64,000 nt of DNA. It comes from the human T2T-CHM13v2.0 reference genome, Homo sapiens. The stretch's first letter is position 1, and each line of letters opens with the position of its first letter. The translations under genes and the position numbers were made by a program. The stretch lies in NCBI RefSeq assembly GCF_009914755.1, contig NC_060927.1. One strand, 5' to 3'. Positions 25,092 to 39,330 of this stretch are shown here, one piece after another. The notes beneath the pieces were generated by a model. That model worked only from the letters and a program-made list of their open reading frames with translations. It was not told the DNA's origin and searched no databases.

Positions 25092-28000
25092 TAACTTAGC
25101 CAAGTTTCTGAAATATCCAGTTGGCACGTACTGCCTCTATTAGTTATTAACTTAACCACTACCATTTTTCTCTCTTTGTTCTTATTTGTTTTCACATATT
25201 ACTTACCAATCTTAGCTCATCCTAGATTCATAAATGCACATTCTCTAATTTGGTAAAATAATTTACAAATTTTCTAAAATAGTTTTTCTGTCCATTTGAA
25301 ACTAATTTTTCTGTATGTTTCTTCAGTTACTTTTTTCAAGGGAAATAATTAATCTGATTTCTATTCTTTTAAAATTATAGTATCTTTTAAAAAATCTACC
25401 AGTAGGGGTTGTTTATCTTCTTATTTTCTCATTCTTACAGGATAGCAGCTGTTTCCTGAATTTTGGCTTATAATCAGAAGTTCTATTAAGAAATTGGATT
25501 TCTGTCCAATTATTTCATTTAGTTCAGGAAGAACTGAATATTTTATACTTACTGTAAATTTGCACTATCAGTTCAGATATCTATCAGCCAGGAAGGAAGA
25601 GGATGGTGGAGAACAAAAGATTTCAACTCAATAGAAAGTTTTATTCTCCCACTGCACAACACAATTGCAAGTTGGAAAAATAAGTGCACTTTTATACATA
25701 ATGGTACTGACCATGAGTCTGCAGTATTGAAGCTTTTCTCTATTTACGTATTATTTTGCCCATTTTTTTCTAGCAATTTGAAAGTTGGGGGAAAAAGACT
25801 TTATTTTCACTTAGACTGGTTTCAGTTATATACAAAATTGCACTAGCTGAATATTTCCAAAAATGTTCATTAAAATTGATACCAATTACCAATTTGAAGG
25901 TATACATCAACTTTAACAATAGATAAATAAGAATAAATATTTTAGTCATATTTTGCCAACATTTATATAATTTGAGGCGGCCTGATGCTTTTCAATGAAT
26001 CAGTAATTTATGTGATTTTAATTTCAAATAAATTGTATAGAAGACTTTTCCAAAAAAAAATAGCCTTTAGTACATCACAAAACTCAAAGTTCTATTGTAA
26101 AATACAATAACTTTAGCAATATTCAGCAGTAAGAAATATGATATTTGTTTAATTTACACTGTATGGCAAATATGCTCAGTGGATTTCACACATGATTTCT
26201 AATTATCCCAACAACTGTGGGAATGTTAACTTTTTAACACTGGTACAGTGAGGTGAGATAATGATATACTTGCTTTTAAAGTGCACTCTCATAACTGGTA
26301 TGAGAAAAGCATCCAATTTCATTTTACTGCCTCACTTCATCTTTGATCCATATTCCCTTTTCTCTCTACATAGCATTTCTTTTAATGTGTTTCATCCATC
26401 ACCTTAGATAGGTATTGCTTTTGTTAATATATAGTACTATTTTGTATGCATGTGTTTTTAATTTGCATAAGTAATATTGGATCATAGATTTCATTCTGTT
26501 TCTTACTTTTGAGAGATAGGAAAATTAAGGTTCAAAGAGGCCAAGTAGCTTCCACAGGAGTACATAACCTGCATATTTATACTTGAGTTCCACACTACAA
26601 TGTGTTTAACTCTGAAAGCCCTTGCTATTTTCAGTGCATCACACAATTGATTCCTAATATAAGTGAACCCGTGGCATAGGGAAACATTATTTTATAGGAG
26701 TTTCATTGTATTTAACTCTGCATATATTGAAGAAAAAAGTTAAACCTTTTGAGATTATAGCAATAAATACTATGCCATTTGATCACTTTCTATTTGTACT
26801 TAAATATGTACTCATTGTAACTCAATATAACTTTAAAATAATGGCAATATATGCAGGTTCCATATTGTATTCATTTCTATAAATGCAGTTAACCTAAGTT
26901 TATAAAGTTTGAAAATTACGTCTTGTGGAACAAGAACTAGACAAAATACATGTCTGAATGGTAAAGTATATTCATTATAAAACTGAGTCTGCTACATCAC
27001 TTTCAGGAAACTTCAGCCTGGTGGATTGTTTATAGTTTGCAACAACAACCCTTTTCATGCAGTTTTTGCCCTCCTTTTGACCAAAAAAAAAAAAAACATT
27101 TCCATAGGATGATAATTTGTGCCTTATTTTCTTTTAGGAATAAATAAATAACTTATAAAATAAAGTTTGAATTATTTCATGGGCCATGTGCCTTCTAAAC
27201 ATTGGTGACTTAATAAACCATTTTCCAAAAGAACTAAGAAGAAATAAGTTGTAGTCAAGACAAGAAAAACATCAACAGCAACTTTTTCTAAGCATGTACA
27301 CAGCCAACTTGCCAAGGGCTCTGTGACCACCCACCTGATTCCTCATCAAGGCAGTTGCCTGGTTTCCTTGCAGCAGTGTGTTTCCCAAGGTGCCAGGCAT
27401 CTTCAATCTGGAGATGCAGGTGATGTAATGACTTGCTGTAAGCTAGGTGCTCTTTCTTGCTACTGCAATAAAAGGCCTTGGAGCTAAGGGGCTCTGTGAC
27501 AGTTAGTGAGGTTAAGGTGCAGCTTGTCTAAAATGAACATCCTAACTCTAGATAACAAGGTGTAGGAGAGTATAAGAAGACCAGGCTTATAAAGGATAGG
27601 GACCTATGCTAATCAGTGGAAAGCTTCAGCATTAACAGGTATTCTTGGACCTAGGGATTTTTGTTCTCTGAGAATATTCTGATTATACTTGATAGCCAGG
27701 CGAGAGGGAGCTCTCATATGCATTAAGTTATGTTTGTTATGTGCTATAAGAGGATGACTATAATGCATGAATATTTTATGACAAAAGTTAGTTTATTTAT
27801 TCATATAGAAGTGAAAATGTGTCCAATTTCCAAGCTGTATTTCAAATACAAGCACTCTTTTATTTCTATTTAATTTTTCCCTTATATATTTTTGCATTTC
27901 CTGTGTCACTACATTATTATCAATAGACAATAATAAATTGAAAGAGTTTTCCAAAAGAGAAAAAATTTCCCCATCTTAAATATGTCCTTGAAATATGGCT

Positions 28001-28359
28001 ATGCAAGATATATTTAATCCAATAGTATGCAAACTTCCTTTGGCCATTAGGAGAGTTTACCAAAATAACATTTCTTTTGGCATGACTGATCACATCAACA
28101 TGAAATAACCTTGAGCCTTTATTAAATTTTCCAAGGCAGGCAAATTCCATTAGCATCTGTCAGAGTTCACTGGTTACTACAGGTAGAAAGGTCAAGGAAT
28201 GTTTGATGCCATAATTCATTTCTCCTATACCCAATATACATCAAACAACATATTCCCAATTGTGTAATACGGAGTCACAGACTGACTGCAGTAGTTAGAA
28301 ATGTACTGCTAAAGACGAAAATTGAGAAGACTGCATATAAGGGAGAAAAAGATATAACA

Positions 28360-28570
28360 ATTGTTGAATACTTTTTGTGAACCAGGTATGCAAAGTGATT
28401 CACATATGCCTTCCAAGTAAGTTTCCCCAAAAAGTGTATGACACAGATGTAATTATCCCCATTTACTGATGACAAACGTGGCTCAGAAAGCTAAGTGAAT
28501 AATTCTTAAAATCAGTGGGACAGAGCCTGAACTGGAACACAGAGTTGTTAGACCAACAGTTTGTGTATTT
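28360..28570 (-). mobile_element. MIR
   Basis: TTATCCCCATTTACTGATGACAAACGTGGCTCAGAAAGCTAAGTG. Confidence 0.65.
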
Positions 28571-28723
28571 TTTAGTACTAAAAATACTAAATGAGGCAAA
28601 TAAAGGGTCAGAAAACAGGTAAGAAAGCAGGAATTAAGGAGACTAATATTAAAGATGAGCTAAAGTCTAAAATAATGAAAGCAAATTTTTTTCCTCAAAA
28701 ATCTTTGGAGAAATTTAAAAGTC

Positions 28724-29380
28724 ATTGTGGTGAAAATGGAACACTTTTACATGGTTGGTGGGAATGTAAATTAGTACAACCTCTATGGAAAGGAGGTTGG
28801 AGTATGGAGATTCCTTAAAGAACTGGAAGTAGCTCTGCCATTCAATCCAGCAACCCAACTACTGGGTATCTACTCAAAGGAAAAGCAGTCATTATATGAA
28901 AAAGACACATGCACACACATGTTTGTAACAACACAATTCCCAATTGCAAGGATATGGAACCAATGTAAGTGCCCATCGACCAACAAGTGGATAAAGAAAA
29001 GTTGGTCTATATACAACATGAAATACTACTCAGCCAAAAACAGGAATGAAATAATGTATTTTGCAGCAACCTGTATGTAGCTGGAGGCCATTATTCCAAG
29101 TGAAATAATTTAGGAATGGAAAATCGAATGCTGTATGTTCTCACTTATAAGTGGGAGCTAAGCTATAAGGAAACAAAAACATACACAACAATATAATAGA
29201 CGGTGGGGACCCGGCGCAGAGCAGGTTGGGAGAGTGGTGAGGGACAAAAGACTACATATTGGGTACAGTGAACACTGCTTGGGTAACAGGTGCTCTGAAA
29301 TCTCAGAATTCACCACTAAAGAACTAATCCATGTAATGAAAACCATGTGTACTCCCCTAACTACTGAAATTTTTAAAAAG
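28724..29380 (+). mobile_element. L1PB-like 3' end
   Basis: GGTGGGAATGTAAATTAGTACAACC...ATCTCAGAATTCACCACTAAAGAAC; flanked by AAAAGTC on both sides. Confidence 0.88.
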
Positions 29381-31726
29381 TCCCTTGGAGATAGTCATAG
29401 GGTGAAGCCAAACAATCGACAACCTGGAGACACATCAGAAATAAGGGAAGAACATGGGCCAGACAAAAAGCTGACAAAAGGCTTGGTACCTGACAAAGAG
29501 GCAGCTTGTAATTCTGACTGCAGTTACTTTCAAATCTAATGAGAGTTAGTAAATAAAAAAAAGTCTGGATACAGTTATTAAGGCAAGAATTCAACAACCA
29601 ATGTATCACAGATGTGTCCAAAACTTGCCTCTCAAAAAGTCAGGTAAACACAAATGAGCAGTTGCAGATGAAGAAAACTAAAACAGAATGGGAGAGTGGG
29701 GGCGTGAAGAGGGAGACAGGGGGAGAGAGACAGACAAAGAGAGAGAGAAGAAATAGAGACTGAGAGAGACAAAATAAACAGGGACCTAAACTAAAGCTGC
29801 TTTGTGAATGAGAATTCAAAGAACAGAGTTGTGTTGAGGAGAACATGGTTAGGGACGGTTAACCAGGAAGGAGGGGTAAGGCATGTCAGGGACAAGAAGA
29901 ATGTAAGTTGAACTGAAGTAAGGTAAAATAAAATACCAATTTCTGAGATAGAAATGCAGGACAATTACTATAGCATGAAAGCATTCACAAAGTTTTTGAA
30001 AACTTGTGTTTTTGAAAATAACCACTATCATAATATTTTCAAAAACATTAAAAATTTTTAATTTCCTATTTTTAAAAGCTTGCTGAGATTCCATTTTGTT
30101 TATACTGTTAGATATGTGTTTAGAACAAGAAGAGAATAATGAATGCTCATTGAACTGAAACATTTTGTGTAGAATTCGAGAGTTATTTTCCAATGAAAGA
30201 GTCATTAGAAAGAATGAGTCAATATGTAAAATTTCAATGTTATATAAATTTAATAGCAAAAAAAAAATACGTATTAAAGAAACCAAAATGAAGGAGGGTA
30301 TTTTTTAGAGTAGATTGAAGCATAATTGTTTATATTCTATTTATCAGAGACTAAAATGTCAATTATTTATTTGATGATGAAATATATAATAGGCACGTTA
30401 GATTCATAAGCTGCTACTATCTCATTACAAATTGAAAGTTTATACTTTTAAAATGGAATTTACTGTTTCGTTTTAGAAAATTATGTAGAGTTTTTGTGTC
30501 AAGTAAGCTGAAAATAAGAAATAAAAACTTAATATGATAGCCTGAGAATTCTGTATTTTTTAGATAGCATAGAATTTATTTTTTAAATTATGCATAAATT
30601 AGAAATGATAACTATATTTGCGCTTATGACATTCTAGGTTTATAACTCATAGAAAAGTTTCCAAAATTTTTCTCAATAACATCAGTAAGTGAATTGGTGC
30701 AAGAAGGAACAGGAAACAAAAATTACAGCTAAAAAATATTGTGATTACTTAAAAGAAAGGATGGAAGATGCCATCCTATTAGTAGGAATCAGTACCAAAA
30801 AAAAAAAATGAATATAATATGACTTGCAGGAGAAAAAAACACTGAGAAAGCATCAGGAAGCATATATTCCTTATTTTTTTCTAGTATTATATTCAAATGT
30901 CTTACTCTTATGGAGTTCAGTCTGTGTCTTTTATATTTTACTAGAAATTTTAAAGAATAAATTTACCTGACCTCTTACAGATAAATCTGTAGTTTATCTT
31001 ACAGATTTCTTATAGATTTTCATTTTATAGTAGTTCATAAAATATGCCTTTATAATTTTACTGACTTCCATATTCATGGCTGTGTCTTCTTTTTCATTCC
31101 TAATATTTGGGATTTTTTATTTTCTTTTCTCATATTTTCTTCACATATTTGCCAAAATATTATATATTCCATGAACCTTTACAAAAACATGTGTTGATTT
31201 TATTTCCTTCTTTTTCGTTCTTATTTCACGTTTGATATTTATTAATTTTTCTTCTATTTTCAAATTTATTCTGTAGCTGTTTTCCTAGTTTTTAAGTTAA
31301 ATTTGCATACATTTTATTTTCAAAGTTGGTAATAAGGGCTGCAAATGTGGCCCCAGTGCAAACCAAGATCCTCTAACTTCTTTGTTGTAAATTGAATAGA
31401 TACTGCAGGACACCTCACTCAGGAAGAAGAGGAATTTCGTGAAAGTTAACAAATTTCTAACAAATGGAAACATGAGTAGAAAGATATAAAGCATAATTAT
31501 AAATATCTCACAAGGAGCCTCCATTCTATACAGCAGTTTTTTCAACATCTAATGATGTCAAGGACCTCTTGAAATGCTCACTTTTGAGCCCAGAACATTT
31601 TGTAACAGATGTGTATGCCTTTTAATGATGCCTCTTCTTTATGAAATTCTTTTTAGTTTACGAAGTTTCTCTGAATACATGGTCTTAATTGACATTCAAA
31701 AAATATAAATGACATAGGAAGGACAC

Positions 31727-32448
31727 TGTGATGGTTAATTGCTTATGTCAACTTGACTTGGCTAAGGAATGCCCAGATAGCTGGTTAAACACTATTTCTG
31801 GCTGTGTTTAAGATGGTGTTTCCAGAAAAGATTAGTATTTGATTCCGTAAACTGACTAAAGAATATCTCCCTCACCAGTGCGGGCAGGCATCATCCAATC
31901 TGCTAGGGGCCTGAATCCAACAAAAAAGGTGAAGGAAGGGCAAATTTTCTCTCTGCTTAAGCTGGGACATCAATCTTCTCCTGCCCTCAGACATTGGCAC
32001 TGCTGATCTCAGGCCTTTGGGTTTGGACTAGAGCTACACACTGACTCTCCTGGGCCTCCACCTTGCAGCCTGCAAATTTGGCTTCTTACTCTCCATAATC
32101 ATATGAACCAATGCTTCATAATAAGGATTCTGTATCCTTCTATATACAGATAATGTATATCTATAGAAATATAAATATATTTATATTACATACATCTATA
32201 AATTTTATAGCTATAATAATTATAGATATAGCTTATATCAATAAAAATATATATCTAAATATTCTATAGATATCTATATCTAGATATATAGATATATCTA
32301 TATCTAGATATATAGATATATCTATATATGAGATATATAAAGAAAAAATATGTAAATATATACATTTATATACATAACTATAAAGAAAAAAAAAAAATAT
32401 ATATATATATATATAAAATCTCTCTCCTTGGTTCTTTTCTCTGGAGAA
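31727..32448 (+). mobile_element. MLT2 (ERVL) solo LTR with an expanded AT-rich tract
   Basis: TGTGATGGTTAATTGCTTATGTCAACTTGACTTGGCTAAGG...TTGGTTCTTTTCTCTGGAGAAC. Confidence 0.88.
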
Positions 32449-35400
32449 CAACTTTCTTTTCTTTTGTTTTTTCTTCTTCTATTTGTAAGTTTCAGGATAC
32501 TAAGTTTCGAAGAGAAATTTTCTCAAGGCCATTTGACCAAAGAGGATTATTACACCAGGACATGTGTTTTCTAAGCTCCAGACCATTCCTTGTGTTTTGC
32601 ATACTTGCACATACACCAAAAACCTGATGGAAGATAAACATGACATAATTGAAATAAAAAAGTTATTTCATTTTACTATTTCAATATAATTCACTGGAAG
32701 AACCCATTCAGATTATAAAAGAGCAAAACAAATATGAAATTTTAGCATTATTTTTCTTAATAGCATTAATATTATAAATGGCTTGTGATCACTTTATTAA
32801 TACAACTTTAGAAAGCCAAAACAAACACTTTTAAAAATGCTGCAAAGAAATTGAAAGACAGTTGTAAATAAATGAATCATATAAATTATTTAACATAGTT
32901 ATATCCCTACACATAAATACTTTAAAAATCATAATCCTTAGTTTTAGTTAGACATGTTGTAACTTTATTGCTTTTTAAAGTAATAAAATACATTATAACC
33001 AGGGATGTGCAAAGAATATATAAATGAGGCCGTATTTTGTAATTTTTCACTGTGTTAAATCTGTTCTTAAGGTTATCAAGTATAGCTACTGACTTAATTT
33101 TACTGGGAAACATTTTATCGAACTAAAACTAAATTTAACTGGCATTTTAATTTCAAATTAAATAAAGTTTCTAAGAGTTTTTATATATGAAAAATAAGTT
33201 TCCTCTTTTCCATGAAAATCTATTAAATCATCAGTTTTAGTCCATATTAAAAGATGTTTATCTTAATAAAATGAACCTTCCACTTCCATTGCAAAACTAA
33301 ATTTTTAACTAAATGTGTTGTTTCAGTTTTTTTTCCCTCTCATTAAATAGTCATGGAAGTAAATCTTCTACATTCTAATAAGTATTAAATAAAAATTTAG
33401 GGCAATTCTAAGCTCATGGCTATAAAGCAATAAAATGGATCCCTCTAGAGGACATTCTTATAATCATTCTTGATAACAATTTTTTCAACATTCAGCTATC
33501 TAGTATAAAAATAACACATTTTAAAACAGAAAACAACTAAAGTAGCAGATTTGGATGTATTATTTCCTTACTGATTCATAAAAGATAGCCAATATATAAG
33601 ACTACTCAAGAAAATGTTATAGAACCTTAAAAAACAAAAACTAACTTCATGGAGGCAAAACAAAAAATAAAATTACAATGGTTATCATAATCAAATCAAT
33701 GAAACTTTGAGTATAAATTTAGCTTATTAACCTCTCCATTTTATTGATGAGCAAAACTGATGCCCAAGTAGTTGAAGTAATGTAGTCACTGCTATTAAGC
33801 AGTGATGTTGGTATTCATAGGGGGGCCTTCCTGACTGCTGGTAGTTTTACCTAACAGCCACATGCTTTAACATAGAAGCAGTGAATCCTTTATATTGTAT
33901 ATGTCACAGTAAAAGTAAACTCTAAACCCCAAGAATGATTAGATGATCTCCACATGCATAAACAGAGGTGTATTATGATCAGTGTCACATCTTTAAATTT
34001 ATACATGCAAGACACGAACATAAAGAACTTCACAAAATACATCAATTTGCAATGCCCACTTATCTCCTTCCCCTGTGGTAGATCTCTTTACCTTTTGAGA
34101 CATTCTAGTGACTTTTGTTTTCCCCAGGCACAGTACAATTTAGGTTCGGTACTTATGCCTTATTTTATTTCTTTTTAACAAAAGAGTGAAGGAATAATTA
34201 TTCCAGAACAAATGAATGCCTAAATTAATTCAGACCAAATATAAATAAGAGATGTGTACATAGAGTAATGGTGAGATTAGCTAGTAAATATATGGGGCTT
34301 GGAAGGGCTCAAAAAAGTCAACCCTTTTAAATATAAAAATTAATAGTGACTTTTGTTCTTATAATTGAATGGATTTAGAGACTGGCAGAACTTATGAAGA
34401 ATCTCTAGGGGTTACAATGGTCTAGATTTCTGTACCTTATCCAAATGTAGGGGGAAAATAAAAAAACGTATCAGGCCCATTTTTAAAGATTTGTATGAAA
34501 CTGTTTAATGCACTAAAAACCTATATCACTCGTAGCCAGTTAACAAGTTTCCAGAACAAAGGTTTGGAATCAGATAAATCAACTTTCTCAACATAATAAA
34601 CCAACCTATTCATAAGTGTCTGATAAAACATCCATTCCCTCCATTTGCTTTACTCAAAAGTGTAATTTTTAAAACAAATTACAGAAGCTTATGTTTCCTT
34701 GATCTACTTTGTTCTTTTTATTACACAGCATTTGTCTATAAAAATCCTTAAAATAGCTTGACATTGAACATTTTACAAACAACAAAACAGAGTACTCCAT
34801 AATCTGTTACCTGAGTAACTGATTAACTTCTTGATTTCTTCAAATTGTTCAGAGTTGAACTTCCCATAAATAAATCATACAATTGTTTTTGAGAATCAAA
34901 GTATGACACTAAAGAACAAAAAGTTATTAACTGACATATGCAGGTATTCTATTTACTCTGCTATATACATCTTATCTATAAAGTGAAGGCATGGATTTCT
35001 CTCAGTTTCAATAAAAATAGACACAGAGACTTTACATTAGCATATATAGCTCTGGGAAAAGTAGAAAGTGAACATACAACAGGAAGGGCTGATTTGACCC
35101 AAAAAGAGGGTCCAATTGTGTCTTGTAAAATGTTAGGTCAGCCAAAAGCTTCAAGAGGAAAACTGCCTGCCCTGATTTATTTTCTGTCATCTGGGAGATG
35201 TAGCCTCTAGGTGAACTTACCAATTAAAATAACATGTTAATGAAACCCAATGGAGAAAATAGATGTTGAGTTTTAGATGAACCAAAACTTAAAATTAAGA
35301 TTCTAAAAATCAAGGATTTTTTCTTTACTTCAGCACAATGAACGTACTAAAACATTTTAAAAGGGGCTTTACTTGAATCCAAACCTGTTTTGTTTTTAAT

Positions 35401-36288
35401 TAGGATCTCAGACAAGCAATGGTAGAGGAATTGCAGCTTCACCATAAAGCCACCCTCACAAAAGCAGAGCACTCAGTTAACAACCTGCTTTTTTCCCTAA
35501 AGATTGTTTCTCCAGCTGGGGTATATACACTTACAAAGGTATTTTCTTCCATTAAAGAGGGCTTTCTTTGCATCCAGTGCTCCACCCTACAACTCCTGTC
35601 TTCTAAGAGTGGCTCTCTTCAAGAGGAAATACTTCTGTGGCAATGAAGACACCTGATGGGAATATTCCTCTGAATTTTTATCATGCAAAGAAACATTTTT
35701 ATTAAATACGTAAGCAAATCTTCACACAGAAAGATTAAATATTTACAAAGTACATACTTAATCTATGTATATACAGAGACATACCCACATATAATTATAA
35801 AAACACAAATTTACAACTTTCTTATTGCTGAAAACCTACCTCTGATTGAGTATTGACAGAATAAATTCAAGTATTGGGATATTAATACCTTTAGATTAAA
35901 TATCTAAATTAGTTTATAAACATTTTAATTTTATTTCTTTAAAATCTAAATTACACAATATTTAACGACTATTCCTTGTACTGCCTTATTTGCATTATAA
36001 AAAAGCAAGTTTTTAATATTTCTGAGTAGATAACATCTCACCATAGATAAGTGCTTTTGCCCACTTGAGAAAGTCTAAATAGGATGAGAAAATGTTAAAT
36101 CAATCTACACTTTAATTTCTTTGGTATTCTTAACCCAAGTATAGGCTTCCTATAGGATGTGATACATTCTGAGACCCAAAATGCATACATCTATTCCTGA
36201 TTCAACTATCATATAATTTCAAGATAATTATTTCCTCTATTGATTTCACCATCTTTGAAATGGAAACAAACATGTGTTCACTTCTAAG

Positions 36289-37290
36289 TATCGGGGGAAC
36301 CCGCCCCCAATATTTCAACATAGGTTCTTTCTATTTTCTGGCTGAGAAATAAAAAGAAAGAGTACAAAGAGAGGAATTTTATGGCTTGGCCCCCGGGGGT
36401 GACATCACATATTGGTAGGACCGTGATGCCCACCTGAGCCTCAAACCAGCAAGTTTTTTATTAAGGGTTTCAAAAGGGGAGGGGGTGAAATAACAGAGAG
36501 TAGGTACAAAGATCACATGCTTCAAAGGGCAAAAAGCAGACCAAAGATCACATGCTTCTGAGTGAACAAGGCAAAGGGCAAAAGCAGAACTACTGATAAG
36601 GGTCTATGTTCAGCAGTGCATGTATTGTCTTGATAAACATCTTAAACAACAGAAAACAGGGTTTGAGAGCAGAGAACCAGTCTGACCACAAATTTACCAG
36701 GGTGGAGTTTTTTCCCTACCCTAGTAAGCCTGAGGGTACTGCAGGAGACCAGGGCACATCTCAGTCCTTATCTCAACCACATAAGACAGACAATCTCAGA
36801 GCGGCCATTTATAGACCTCCCCCCAAGAATGCATTCCTTTCCCAGGGTATTAATATTAATTGCTAAGGAAAGAATTTAGTGATATCTCTCTTACTTCCAT
36901 ATCCGTTTGTAGGCTTTCTGCAAGAAGAAAAATATGGCTCTTTTTGCCCAACCCAGCAGGCAGTCAGACCTTATGGTTGTCTTCCCTTGTTCCCTAAAAA
37001 TTGCTGTTATTCTCTTCTTTTTCAAGGTGCACTGATTTCATATTGTTCAAACACACGTGTTTTACAATCAACTTGTACAGTTAACACAATTATCATAGTG
37101 GTCCTGAGGTGACATATATCCTCAGCTTACTAAGATAACAGCATTAAGAGATTAAAGTAAAGACAGGCATAAGAAATTATAAAAGTATTATTTGGGAACT
37201 GATAAATGTCCATGAAATCTTCACGATTTATGTTCCTCTGCCACGGCTCCAGCCGGTCCCTCCGTTTGGGGTCCCTGACTTCCCGCAACA
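36289..37290 (-). mobile_element. MER11 (HML-8/HERVK11) solo LTR
   Basis: Minus strand starts TGTTGCGGGAAGTCAGGGACCCCAAACGGAGGGACCGGCTGG; ends GGGTTCCCCCGATA; CTAAG on both flanks; splits a MIR-like fragment. Confidence 0.93.
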
Positions 37291-38574
37291 CTAAGAGTGT
37301 TATAAACTTTAAAGCAGTCTTAGTTCAGAGCTGCTCATTCACCCTTCAGCATCATGAATTACTCATATTTCATTTGTGTAACACGTTCACTTTGTGGTAA
37401 AGCTGTATGTAGAGCTGCCTTCAAGTAGCAATGGCCTTCCTGCTACCTCTACATAAATTGTACTTTAGTGCCAATGTGAGCACACTGTATCCAGGTTTCA
37501 TTACGGCTCACCAAGTAATCATCACCTAAATTAAAACACCACTTCTTCTGTACCATGGGGTTCTCATAATAAAACAAAATCTCATAGACCACCTCTCTCT
37601 CACGTGTTTCACATAAGTGCCACGAGCTCATTCAGTCTCTGCATTTCAAGGATTTGTCCCACCATAAGATTATCTGTCTGAGAGAGTTATTACTTTTGGA
37701 CATTGTATGAGTTGGTATTATTTGATGCTCGTCAATACTATTTAATAAAACAAATTCTGAAAATTGCTTCTACTGCTTTCTTTCTGAGGCTATATAACCT
37801 TGCATTTGTTTTTAAATATTTCTTTTTCAAGAACTAGAACTTTGAGTCTTTATTTTTAGCAACTAAATTGATCAATTGCATGAAAGAAAGCAATATTTTT
37901 CACTTATTCTAAAAAAAATACATCTAATTTGGTTGACTAGCGAGATCACTGTGCTTTGTTTTAAAAATATGTGATAGCTTCATTGGTTTCTTGATGCTAT
38001 TCAACAAATTTTCAATACAAACAATGTTCCAAAGAATAGAGGTAGATGAATCACTTTATTGGTCCAGTAAAATCCAATTCTATTATATACAGTTCTCCTT
38101 CCTGTTGGCAACTTTTATGACTGCTTGTGTAAAAACACCATGTCAGATTTACATGCTATACCCATGTAATTTATTCTGTACTTAAAAGGTAGTAGATTAT
38201 ATTTATAATGTTGTTTGAGTTGTAGCATTTATGTTACTATGTCTCTATATTTATGATTTAGTGGATGGCCTTTGAACAATTGATCCATTTCTGTTATTTA
38301 GGAATATAATATATCATTTCAGTAATAAAAAAACACACATACAAAAAGTCAAGCATAGAATGTGTAGAAATTTACCCACAAATGACTTAAAATGTGTCAG
38401 CCAAAAGGAACCACATCTTTTTAGCAGAAAGGAAGTGCTACAATCCTATAGCTGACACGTGTTCCAAGGCTATAGTAATCTTTTACTTAATTAGCAAGAT
38501 GTCTGTAGAGAGAAAAAAGAATCTTCCATTTCAAATGTATGAAATGCCCATGGGTTATAATTATGAGAAACATA

Positions 38575-39330
38575 AGAAGCTGGAGGACCTGAGAAACCGC
38601 CTCAGCTGGAGTCTAGCATACAGGATGTTCATTAGAGTTCTTGGGATCTGTACCTGTGAAGATTGGAGAATGGATGGAGGATTGATTGAGCAGAGGGAGA
38701 AGTTGGATGTCATTGTAGTCTCAAAGGTGTGCACCTTGTGGACTGTGAACTTCCAGGTGGCACAAAGGACCTGCCTGAACACAGTGCTGAGAGACTTGGC
38801 CAAACTTTAGCCTGACTCCTACCTCCCCTAGGTGGTATTTCTAGAGGTGGCACCAGCCCCTAGGCTGAGTCTTTGCTCAAGAAAATGTAACAAAGTGCAC
38901 ATTGTCCCAATGTACATTGCCAAATGATTTTCAATAATTTTCCACTTATCCCCCATCACATATTTTTTCACTTCCCCATAGCCCCCAGTCCCCTTTAGTT
39001 ACTTTATTTTACTTCCTTATAGCCCTTTTTTGTTCTCTCTGTTTTCTCCTAGTTAATTTTGTCTTAGTTGGAAGTGAGCATAGTTTTTAATGGAGTGTCT
39101 CTTTCCTACTGCAGAAGGCTGAATAAATCAGCCTTGCCACTTTTAATAAGCGTCTAGTGCTATTAAGTATTTCTCTTTGACATCCTTCAGAGCAGTTGTG
39201 AATTGAGGCAAGAAGGCCAAGCCTTTATACAATTCCATTTATTGGCCACTGGATGTGGGCTGCCCTTACGATCAGGCATGATCTTATGTAAGGCAGTTTT
39301 CTTCAACCGTAGCAATCCTAACCCTCCCAG
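38575..39330 (-). mobile_element. Old MLT1-type LTR split by another LTR
   Basis: MLT1-like segments at ~38575-38726 and ~39185-39330 (GGCCAAGCCTTTATAC...GGATGTGGGCTGCC). Confidence 0.5.
38727..39182 (+). mobile_element. ERVL-type LTR (MER74/MER73-like)
   Basis: TG start; AATAAA at 39122; ends TTCTCTTTGACA. Confidence 0.55.

Noticed and set aside
27295-27500. GC-richer unique block with TGATGTAAT and CAAGG motifs
   Set aside because: Short motifs are expected by chance; enhancer function cannot be supported from sequence alone
29849-30286. 145-aa minus-strand ORF
   Set aside because: Non-ATG start, AT-biased composition and no recognisable domain
36508-36592. Tandem AAAGATCACATGCTTC / AAAGGGCAAAAAGCAGA repeats
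   Set aside because: As I recall, intrinsic to the MER11 consensus
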